A stretch of 55,166 bases of DNA, taken from the NCBI GenBank assembly GCA_000934665.2, contig KZ538160.1, positions 62,001-117,166 on the forward strand. The letters are read 5' to 3'. The notes beneath the pieces are model-generated. The model did no database searches. It was given only the letters and a program-made list of their open reading frames with translations, and had not been told where the DNA came from. Source of the DNA: Catajapyx aquilonaris. Lineage: Eukaryota. Within the stretch, counting starts at the first letter, position 1. Each line of letters begins with the position of its first letter. Below, piece after piece: positions 12,874 through 23,050 of this stretch. The position numbers and the translations under genes are program-made.

Positions 12874-14133
12874 ATTTTTGTCAATCTTGTTTCTGCATAG
12901 TTCTTGGAACTTTCCTTCCTAGTCTTGCACCCAGACCTTATTTGTGTCTACCTGAGACACCTGTATCTTGGCCCCGGCAAACGAAGTGTCCCACTTGAAC
13001 CCTGCGCTCCGGGGAAGCCTAAAAGTTTTGCTTACACCCATGAGATCCATCTCCTTATCCGTTAAAAAGCCAAGAGAAAAGGAGAAAGAAAAGGGGTTTC
13101 CATCAAGCCGTTTAGTAAGCACTAAGCCCACTGGAAAAGTCTGGCAAAAGCGTCGGTTGGGCCCACTATGGAATTCCTCTCCAAAGCCAACACCAAGCTA
13201 GCAAAGCAGCATATCTGGCAAAGAATTTGCGGAGAGAGAGCCTTCCCCTAGAGAGAAATGAAGCTTGAGCATCTCACCTCCTTTTCCATGCTGACGTCCT
13301 TTCCAAGGCAAAGAAGAAAAGCAAGAGGGGGGAGGATGGGGACTGGGAAGGAAGGAGAAATCCTCCCCGGGAGTCGCAGACGGGAAATGGGCCTAATTTC
13401 CCCGTCATCTTTTTCGAGTGGGAAACATTATTTGTACAGGGCTGCTGACAAATGGAGCGGTCCACTCCAGCCGGAATCTCACCATTTTTTTTTGATGCAG
13501 CCTCTACCACCCAGCTTCTTTTTCTGTGTCCGTGTAAAAGAGGAGTTCGGTTGGATGTCGCACTCCATTGGCTCCCAATTCAGCGCGACAAGCTCAGATT
13601 TTCTTCTTTTTTTATCCAGCTTCCATCTGCCTCTTTCCCTGCCACTTGTCACGTCACGAAGTCAAAAGTCTTGGGAGGCAGCTACCATTTTCTTACACAG
13701 CTGCTAGAGAAATGAGACGGGAGTTTTTTTTCTGGTTGTTGCCAGGCGGTGACAAATATGCAGGGTTCTAAGAAATGTGCTGGGTTCTTGCTCTGCTTTG
13801 GAGCATTACATATAATTAATATGCATTTGGTGTAAAAACTAGTGCGGCATATATTATGGAGAGGAACAATCAGATGCAGAAAAAATGTGACGGACCAGGG
13901 TCAACATTTTACAACCGGATGTGGGTGTTCCAACAGTAGCCAGTCACAATGGTATAAAATGGAGTTTAAGCAGAGACGTTAATGGTTTTACATTTAACTT
14001 GTTAATGGGGCATTAAAAACGTAGTATTCAGTTTTGTTGACATGTTGTGACGTCCCAGCACCAGAAGGCAGGAGGGCGCCTGTGAGCACATGGGTGGAGC
14101 TCTGTTGTACTGTGAGTCGTGTTATGGTCCGGC

Positions 14134-14329
14134 CAAGGGGTTAGCAACTCCCTGGAACCGGTGTACACCCTGGCCAAGGAACCAGGTGGAACCGGCTTGG
14201 AACCGGCATGGAACCAGGTGGAACCAGGTGGAACCACCCTGGAACCAGGTGGATGGTGGAACCACCCTGAAACCGGGTGGAACCTACAGGTTCCAGGATC
14301 TGGTGTACCCTTTTTTGGCTAACCCCTTG
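14134..14329. mobile_element. hAT-type MITE with an internal ~10-bp TGGAACCnnn tandem array
   Basis: Perfect 8-bp TSD GGTCCGGC at 14126-14133 and 14330-14337. TIR CAAGGGGTTAGC / GCTAACCCCTTG. About ten GGAACC units inside. Confidence 0.9.
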
Positions 14330-14527
14330 GGTCCGGCTTCGGGCCAGTCTAATAAACGGTTGCTCCGGATCCGTTGTATCATTGTACCACGACCCTGAGT
14401 GACCTTGCGGGGTCAGGGATGACCTGAGGAGGTCAAACCTCACTATACGATTGTTAGTAGAACCAAGAGCTCTTGGTAGAACTAACGTATCAGGATATGG
14501 GTAGGAAAAGCAGTAGATACGTCCTTA

Positions 14528-14679
14528 AGGTACGTTTACATGTGAGCGATTTGACGAGAAAAATCTTCGCCGACGCTGAAATTATCAATCTATTTTCCCC
14601 TCAAACAATATTGGTTACTTGGGTTACTCACCCTCGGCGAAGATTTCGCCCGTCAAATCGCTCACATGTAAACGCACTT
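14528..14679. mobile_element. PIF/Harbinger-like MITE, copy 1
   Basis: TIRs ggtacgtttacatgtgagcgatttgacg / cgtcaaatcgctcacatgtaaacgcact with TTA / TGA flanks. A second, inverted copy is at 22222-22366. Confidence 0.85.
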
Positions 14680-15234
14680 TGAAAATGTAATCATGTTTAC
14701 CCTTCTCAAAGCAAAAATATTCCGAGCAGACTGTTGTATCATACTGCCATTACCATATGCACGCATGAAACACACTACTTCAGTAGACATATGGATAATT
14801 ATTCCTACGGTGTAGGGGAACTATTTATTCAAGGCGGATGTTTGAAAGAGCATGCCCGTTATTTTATTTATACTAAGAGTCTATTTATCGCATGCTTGGG
14901 CATGTCCAACTACAATAAAGGAATGAGGCCTATATGGATGTCACAACTGAGCCCAATTATTGTCCTATGTCTAATTCCGAAATGATGCAGATGTTGCCAT
15001 GCGGCGCGCTGGCACTGTAGGCACATAGATCAAACATCAAAGTGACTCACATAAAATGAAAAAAAACTGCATTGTAAACGCTCTGCTCGGGTTGAAGTAG
15101 GTTAATAAAACATGATACAGGGCCTGATTAAAGCAGCATGATTACATTTAACGTAAGCTTCAACAACAGAGTGAATCCATTTTTAACAATAGCGCAGATT
15201 TTAATTTTTGTTTGACAATGAGAACAATGAAAAT

Positions 15235-15501
15235 ACAGAAATGGTTGAAGCAACCAAAACAATTGGTTGAGAGAAATTAGGCAATTTTAACCAAAATTTT
15301 AGTTACCTTAAAAAATCAACTGTTGAACTAACCAAAGTATTTTGGTTCATAGGTATGCGATTGTTTAAAACAAATAACTTATTATTTTGCATTGAACAAC
15401 AAACTTAACTTATTTGGTTAGTATAACCACATGATTGTCAGGACCTATATTTGGTTGAATAAATTTTGGTTCGTTCAACTAATTTTTTTAACTAAAGTGT
15501 A
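15235..15501. mobile_element. Degenerate DNA-transposon remnant with reiterated TTGGTT/AACCAA subterminal motifs
   Basis: Multiple ttggtt...aaccaa short palindromes, ending in ttttttaactaaagtgta. Left boundary is uncertain. Confidence 0.35.
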
Positions 15502-18500
15502 CCACTGCCACTTGATTCACTCTAACACAAATCGCCATCAAAGTCCACTACTAATGAAGTTAACTATTCTTAGCCCAACCACTGACCCTCCGGAAGCATG
15601 TACTAGTCCCCAGCACTTAATTGCATGTGCGACATCTACCGGAAGCGTGTCCGTAGTAAAACAACCGAGGTGGGTGGCATGGAGGTGGTGCCAGGAAGCG
15701 TTGTCGGCAAATGTGATGAATCGCAGTTAGAAACGTGAGAGAGAAAGAGAGCGCGCATTAGACCATTGCTGGTGGCGCATGCTGGTGTGCCNNNNNNNNN
15801 CCCCCCCCGCCAAAAAAAAGAAAAGATGATCCATGGTTTTCGGCGGTTCTAGGATAGGAAATGGAGTCAGTAGGCAAAAGGCTTGGCTACAAGGGTAGAA
15901 TGGGCGTGCTTTCTCCGGATTTATGACCGCCAGCTTCACCTGGCTCCTACTCTCCTCCACACCTCATTTGAAACCGACCCCCCGCCAATTATTACTCTGA
16001 CTTATTGCCGCTTCAAACTTGACCTCCCACTGAGACCGGCCCCGAAATATGTAAGGAGATCCGAGCTTCCGCGGGGCTTTATGGGGTACTTCTACTTGCT
16101 TAATGACAGGCTTCTTCTAGCGTGCTCCCTTGTAATTAAGACGGATTCACTACGCATGGAAGCCAAGTTTTGCTGTACTCACGCTCAACAGGGCGCTACT
16201 TTTTTTTAAAAAGGAAGGCTTCGTATTATTAATCCGCTAGATATCATCTTTTGCCGCCATAATTTAACAAGAACAACGCTAAAACCACGGCTTGAAACTT
16301 GTAAATTCAATTAAGCTCCAACATTGGTTTTCGCATAACTTTCACAGGGAGCATACATTGCATTTTTTGGGGGGGAAGGTATAAGATTAAGCCTATATCT
16401 TAGAGAGTGAAGCCACCAGGCGGAATTGGGTTTGCTGATTAATAATCAGGCAGCATCTTACAGAATTACGAATAATGGATGCGTTGCTACGGCTTAAATT
16501 GGGCATCTTGAGATCACAATTTATCTAGTGCCAGTTTAGATGGCTGACGTTCACACCGATTCGGTTTGGAAACATTTCACGGCACAATAGTTGCTCGTGC
16601 CACTTATCTTGCTCTATAATACACTCTTCTGACGACTCTTGAAAATAGTGTAGCTCTAGTGACATGCCTGGTATTAATCTTCGTCCACCTGTCAGTCGAT
16701 GACAATTGCCTCCAGTCCAGAAGGGGTTTTTTTTTATCCACTTGTCAGATAAGCTTCAGAAATTGCATGTGTCCCTATATAATACGCTAATATTTCGACC
16801 ACCAATGTGTGTACAGGGTCGCAAACTGTTCCTTTCAGTTAGTGCATTATTCGTCCTCAAGAGTAACTTTTCGAGGTGGTCGATAATAAGCTGCGAATAA
16901 TCTCTTCAGGCAATGAATTACAATTTCCGAGCTTAGGGTATGGTGGGAATGACTCACATGGAACCACACGTCAGAAGTAATAGAAGTAAAACGTAGAGTG
17001 AATATAAAACACTCTACAGTTTTCACATAGGCCTATAATAAAACCCGAGCACAATATCCGTATAAATTCAGTTACTGAGAAAGTCCTCGTTAAAAGTCTG
17101 GGAAAATTAAGGAGATGTCCGAGAAGTCCAGGGAATATTGATAAATTCCAGCGCTGTGCTCCGGTGTACCCAAAAGACCATGTAACTCATACCTTGCGTT
17201 CCTGTCATTTGATGTACCGGAAGGAAAGCTTTGTCTGATTACACGCGCACCGGAAAACGAACAAGAGCATTTTTGACGTCAGCAGGAATGTCATGATTTC
17301 ACTCACTGTTGTCAATCGTTCGGCTTCCATGTCATTATACAATTGCAGCTTGTTTTAATTGCTACTGTGAAGGTTAAATTTCAACTTAATATTGTTCCAA
17401 AAAATTCGCCCTAAAATCTTGAAACATAGATCCACCTCCATGAATTTTTTTTTGACTGGGAGTGTACCACATTGTGAAGATAATACGTTCAGACAAGCAA
17501 TCGATACACTGCAGCTTCACGTGTTTCAAGACATAAGAAAGTTCATTCCGTGTAACAAGTGCATTCAGGCAGGCTTTACACTAGGGGTGTTCCAAAATTT
17601 ATTTTTACATCGCACCAGCTTATACGGTAGGAATGACTGCGAAAATTTCGACCATGTCATGCCAATGCATGCATGCAACGCCACTTCATCCGTGACAGCA
17701 CTCCCAGATTTAATAACACGTGATGAGTGCAATACCTTATACGACGCATTATAAAGCACCTTTGGAAGGTAAAAAAATGAATTGCGTCACGCGAAACCTT
17801 TTTCACACAAACGTCCGAGTTAGTTCTTGTCACATTGAAGTAAACCCGGACCCAACCCAAAACGGTGGTGACTCTATTAAGCCACTGCGTCCAACCAGAG
17901 ATGAAGTTAACTTTGGACCCCCAACAGCAATTTTGCTTCAATCTGAAAGCGGTGTGGTTAAGGGCATAATCCAAGCGGCAAAAGATGAAAGGTGACAGCA
18001 TAGTTATTGGTGGTGCAAGCAAGGCAAGAGTGAAATGGGTCGGTTGGCCAACCTGTAGGAAGGTCCCGGGGAAGCAGAGTTTGCTGGCTCATTTGCATCT
18101 GATTAGGCTTCCTCCTTTGCTCTCGCCTGTACAAGCCAGCCCCGGCCATCCCCTCTTATTAATGGCAACAGTGACACGGGTTACAACGTGTTAACGCGGG
18201 TTATTATATCCCCGGCATTAATCTTCATTAGCGCGCAATGAATTAATTAACGGGACAAGGGGAGTTTGGAAACGCCTTGTCAATGTCTCCGTTTCCCATC
18301 CCGCGCTTAAGTGCGGGCCTAAGCGTTTTCTGTCCTTTGTCACGCGCGTACTCAAGCGCCTTCTAAAAATGGCGTCCAATCCTTTGCTTTCAACTTCAAT
18401 GGTTCAGACCATAATTGACCAGAAATTGTCGATTAGGGGTAGCATACCGCAATGTGTCTGCGTCACAAAAGCGGCTGTACTGCGACATGTACTGGGTGCG

Positions 18501-19782
18501 ACAAAATTCAAAACGTGACTATAATACGGATCAATAGATTTTACAAACAGGCCCCAGTTTCATAAGGCTAGACTTGTAGCTAATTGTGATAACGTATATT
18601 CAGAATACCAAAAAAAATATTAGTTTGCAACATATCGATTATTCACTTGAATGATTCTACCCCTCTCCATCCCCCTACCTCCCCCTCTATTTTCGTGTTG
18701 GGGGAGTGTAGTTTCGGGATTCTCCTCTTGGGGGACGGGCAATATTTCAGCATAAAGTGGGCCCCGATGTGCAATAAACTTCCCCCCGACGGATGCCTAA
18801 AACATTTTCCATTTAAGTTTATGGCGTTTGACAGCCACGCTGGATGCCATTGTGTCCCCTTTCCTAACCCAACCTCGCCTGCCTCTATGCTATTATAATC
18901 AAGTACCCTCACCGGCAATTTTAAGTGCCCACCTGTGGCAGCTAATTTTCTTTCTTTCCATTTGGACCATCCCGGTGGAAAGCTACTGAATTAATAGTCG
19001 AATGAATTTTTCAAACGCTCCGTCAGGCAGGGTCCCATTCATTTCAATGCGGTTTACCATAAAACACGCTTTTCGCATGCGGAATTCAAGTATTACCGTT
19101 GCTAATTCAGTTATTGGAATGGGACATGCACTTATGATATGCAGTAGTGGTCAATTCCGGACAATTTCAGTCATGTTTATTCTTAGAGTGTGTCGTTCTT
19201 GACAGAAAGGGTTTGTTTCCAACCGAGTTGTTATATGCCTTTGGGCTAATAGTTGGGCGGAAATTGAAGCCATTGTCTCCAATGATGAGTTCCGGAGTTG
19301 GGCTACTCAAATGCTTGTGCTGGGATTCACGGTGGGCAATTTCGTTAGTGTTTTGGAGGCAGGGCTTTTATTGGAGCAAAATTTTAAATGGAAGAGTGCG
19401 TAACATCAAGTTTATAGTTATATGCTCATTTTATGTGAACCTGAGGTGAGCATAAATTCAAAATTACACATGCAAAAAGTTAGGATATCAAAAAATAGCG
19501 AAAATTATATACCGGTGTGTTAACATGATGTTAAGCTTCTCATCGCGCTAAATCGAATGATACTGTCATTTCATTGTAAAAAAAAATCTCCAGGGATAGT
19601 GTTGTGGAACGGAACAAACGCATGACAAAGGCAATTTCGTGGCATTCCTGTACAATCCGAATGTGTCATTTATCCCGCGTAATCAAATGCCGGGCTCTCG
19701 TTTAATCGTACATTAGCTGTCTGTGTCTTTTGATGTACACCACTGGTGATAACCCTGATTAGAATTTAATCATATTAGAAGA

Positions 19783-20095
19783 GGGGGCATGGTGGTCTAG
19801 TGGCTGAGCTACTGGCCAGTCAAGCGGGAGGTTTGGGGTTCAAATCCCATTCCCGTCACCTCCGCTTGGTCAGGTCTTTTTCCGCTTTTCACCCGACATG
19901 TCCGGGCAGATTCGCACTCTCTTCTCTTCCCAGGGCCAGGAGAAAAGGTCTAGTATTTAAGAGGGTCAACTAGGACCTACTTACAACCCAACCCGTCGAT
20001 GGCAATCTTCCCCAAGTCTCCTATAAGACAGATCAGTTGACCAACCACCTGTCGCCCCATCATGTCCACAAGTTTAGCCCAAAAGATTAATTAAA
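19783..20095 (+). mobile_element. Second tRNA-derived SINE family (single copy here)
   Basis: Pol III A box TGGTCTAGTGG (19793-19803) and B box GGTTCAAATCC (19837-19847) at tRNA-like spacing, but no intact cloverleaf. The body is hairpin-rich. The 3' end is approximate and no TSD was found. Confidence 0.6.
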
Positions 20096-20290
20096 CCCAC
20101 TTCATAACACATTTGACACAAAACACAGCAACATAGTTCCCAAATAAAAAGCTCCATCGCGTTTGTAGCAATCAACGCAATATCTGCAGCATCATCCAGC
20201 AGAGTGGGTGATTCGGGGCAAGTGTCGACAGGGGCCACTGGCCTTTCTTCCCGGGAGGCATGAACCGGTACCAATCCTCATCATCCCCCC

Positions 20291-20575
20291 NNNNNNNNNN
20301 NNNNNNNNNNNNNNNNNNNNNNNNNNNNNNNNNNNNNNNNNNNNNNNNNNNNNNNNNNNNNNNNNNNNNNNNNNNNNNNNNNNNNNNNNNNNNNNNNNNN
20401 NNNNNNNNNNNNNNNNNNNNNNNNNNNNNNNNNNNNNNNNNNNNNNNNNNNNNNNNNNNNNNNNNNNNNNNNNNNNNNNNNNNNNNNNNNNNNNNNNNNN
20501 NNNNNNNNNNNNNNNNNNNNNNNNNNNNNNNNNNNNNNNNNNNNNNNNNNNNNNNNNNNNNNNNNNNNNNNNNNN
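20291..20575. other. Assembly gap (285 N)
   Basis: N run flanked by C tracts. A smaller N run is at 15792-15800, with single Ns at 64 and 53808. Confidence 1.
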
Positions 20576-21228
20576 GAATATCTCCATCCCCCCCCCCCTC
20601 TTGTGCCTCTCATATTGAAGCATCACAATCCCCAAGAGATGTTTACCCAGACTCCTTTTCTCCGGATCTATAGTCGAGGCCTATCGGGCTCATTCCAAAT
20701 GCACACCCTGCTATTACAGCAGGCCTCCTCATTTCACTCCCAAAGCCCGTCCATACAAGACTGAAAAGGTCTTATACCTTCACTCACACGTGCGCAAGAA
20801 TAGGCTAGACTGAATCTTAATTTCCGGGACCTGGTTGTATGCTTACCTTCCGAGCGTTGTTGCGTGAACTTACTTAATCGAAACTTAATTGCTGAAATAT
20901 CGGCGTTTTCATGCTCTCCCACCCTAGGGCAAAAGGTGGGTTTCATTAAATGGAGCCATTGATTTCTTTTGATTCGGATATGCATGCAATTACCAGGCTT
21001 GAAAAAGTAATTGCACAATTCACCTTAGAAATGAGTTTGGGGGTGTCTAATATAGGTGCGAGTGTTTGCTGATTCATCGGAACAATGATTGCCGAGTTGA
21101 TTAACTGTAGAATCACGCAAAGGGCAAGCAAGGAAGCAAGCAAGTGCTGGGAGGCTGCCATGGTAGCTGTGGGCTTTAAGCTTCAGTTGGAAAAACTCAT
21201 CCGGGACTCGGTTCCCTTTTGTCCGACG

Positions 21229-21244
21229 TTGCCAGGTGGCGCTG
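21229..21244 (+). promoter_or_regulatory. CTCF-like motif
   Basis: TTGCCAGGTGGCGCTG matches the CTCF core CAGGTGGCGC. Motif match only. Confidence 0.35.
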
Positions 21245-21804
21245 ACGTGGAAACAAGCGCCCTGAAAGTGGTCCTCTTTTGTCACGTGTGTCGGCTTTGC
21301 ATTTTGTGCGGGTCCAAGTCCCCGGAAACGTAGCTGGCAAACTGGAAGGAGATATTTGCCCTCTCTTTTTGGAGAGGTCCCCCCCCCCCCACCTCCACCA
21401 CCTACTACTACACTCTCCAAACTGAACCACTTTGCCACCATTGTTGACTCGCCAACCCAGCCGGAAATTACTCTCCGTCGCAGCCAATCGCAGTCCACCT
21501 GAAACTAATGCAGCCCGCCGCTGAAATTAATGTTGCAGCCCACCTACCCCCACTTGCAGCCGGATCCGGTACAAAAGAGACGGGCCAAGCCATATGCTCA
21601 TCCTCCGCTAAGTCATCGCCAGCCAACCCTACGTCTACTACAAACGCCACCTAAATGGTCCCTACTTTGCTCAAATGACACACTGGGCTTTCATCTGCTT
21701 TGCACTTTTCATCTGCCTCATTTTCTCTTAATTAAACTCTGTAGACCTCCATGCAAATATTTCCGGCAAATATTTGATTATTGCGTAAAGCTACATATAC
21801 TGTA

Positions 21805-22093
21805 GGTATACTAACTGGAGGGCATTTTAATATTATTATACCAGGGAGTTCCAAATTCGTGTGTGGTTTTTTTAAATAACTTATATTACCCTATTGCAAT
21901 ATATTTTTTGTAGCTTGTTGTCCCCCTTCTATAGCAACTGAGACTATATTCGACCCCCTGGGACTGGATCGAGGCACGACAGCCTACAAAAAATAACTGC
22001 TATCGGGCAATATCAGTTATAAAAATGACCCCCAAATTTGGAACAGCCTGGCTGGTATAATAATTAAAAATAAAATGCTCCCCAGTTAGTACC
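21805..22093. mobile_element. Old palindromic MITE, TA-flanked, GG...CC ends (Tc1/mariner/pogo-like)
   Basis: TA|ggtatactaactggagggcatttt...ttccaaattcg...tttttgtagcttgttgtcc is mirrored by ggcacgacagcctacaaaaaat...aaatttggaac...aaaatgctccccagttagtacc|TA. An extra partial arm copy lies at ~22138-22215. Confidence 0.7.
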
Positions 22094-22221
22094 TATGTTG
22101 ATTGACGCAATCATCAAATATTAGAATGGGACCTTGTTATAGGGGCACAACAAGCTACAAAAAATAACTGCTATCGGGCGATCTATTAAAAACGACCCAC
22201 GAATATGGAATACCGTGTATA

Positions 22222-22366
22222 AAGATGCATTTACATGTGTGCGATTTGACGAGCGAAGTCTTCGCCGAGGTTGAGTAACCCAAGTAACTAATATTGTTTG
22301 AGGCGACAATCGATTGTTAACTTTAGCCTCGGCGAAGGCTTCGCTCGTCAAATCGCCCACGCACCT
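22222..22366. mobile_element. PIF/Harbinger-like MITE, copy 2 (inverted relative to 14528-14679)
   Basis: Same TIR (tttacatgtgtgcgatttgacgag). Internal tgagtaacccaagtaactaatattgtttgagg is the reverse complement of copy 1. The right TIR has an 8-bp deletion. Confidence 0.8.
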
Positions 22367-22398
22367 ATAATAAGCTAACAACTAAGTAGTGTGAAAAA

Positions 22399-22685
22399 GT
22401 CAACCGAAGCAGTTTGGTGGAGTGGATTGTTCGACTGTTAATCGGGAGGTCCTGGGTTCGAGTCCCGGGGCCGGCGATCCAAACCGTGGTTTTCTGTGGT
22501 TTCCCACGGTCCCCCCAGGAGAATTCCGGGATTGCTTCCTAAATAATAGGCCACAGCCGCTTCATTCCGTCCCTATCCTATCCCAAAAAGCAAAGTAAAA
22601 TGAAAGCAAAGAGTTCCAGTCAAAAACAAAATTGGGATGAACTCCCCCCCTAAAGAGCCTCCGGCTGATCAGTAACGGGGTATGA

Positions 22686-22734
<49 letters not shown>

Positions 22735-22744
22735 ATTATTATTA
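22399..22744 (+). mobile_element. Full-length tRNA-derived SINE (head resembles tRNA-Asn GTT) with (ATT)n tail
   Basis: Head has ttcgactGTTaatcgg (anticodon-arm-like) and B box GGTTCGAGTCC at 22455-22465. (ATT)n tail at ~22686-22744. Perfect 16-bp TSD TAAGTAGTGTGAAAAA at 22383-22398 and 22745-22760. Related copies at 51868-52126 and 12547-12873. Confidence 0.92.
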
Positions 22745-22747
22745 TAA

Positions 22748-23050
22748 GTAGTGTGAAAAATCGGCGTCTCATACTTTTCCGGATATAGTAGACCAGAGAA
22801 CCACGCCAGATCATTTAACGAATTTTAGCATCAATTTGACGAATTTTAACATTAATTTCACGTCAAGAAGTATAACGCCTATTATACCGTTTAGATGATA
22901 TTTTAACAAAAATTAACGTTAAAAGTCGTTAAAATTGTTAAACTAATGTTAAGAATTATCTGGCGTGGGATTCTGGTCTACTATATCCGAATAGGTGTAG
23001 GACTCCGATCTACTATAATCCGAAAAAGTATGGTACATTTTTCACACTAC
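22748..23050. mobile_element. MITE with TAA TSD (PIF/Harbinger-like)
   Basis: TAA|GTAGTGTGAAAAAT ... ATTTTTCACACTAC|TAA. Inner inverted arms cggatatagtagaccagagaaccacgccagat / atctggcgtgggattctggtctactatatccg. Confidence 0.85.

Noticed and set aside
14150..14300. Regular short repeats suggestive of a CRISPR array
   Set aside because: Units are ~10 bp with no unique spacers, lie inside a TIR/TSD-bounded MITE, and the context is eukaryotic with no cas genes.
20192..20673. ORFs spanning the N gap
   Set aside because: Artefacts of the 285-N run.
22399..22478. tRNA-Asn gene
   Set aside because: The acceptor and D stems are degenerate, and it runs directly into a SINE body, tail and TSD.
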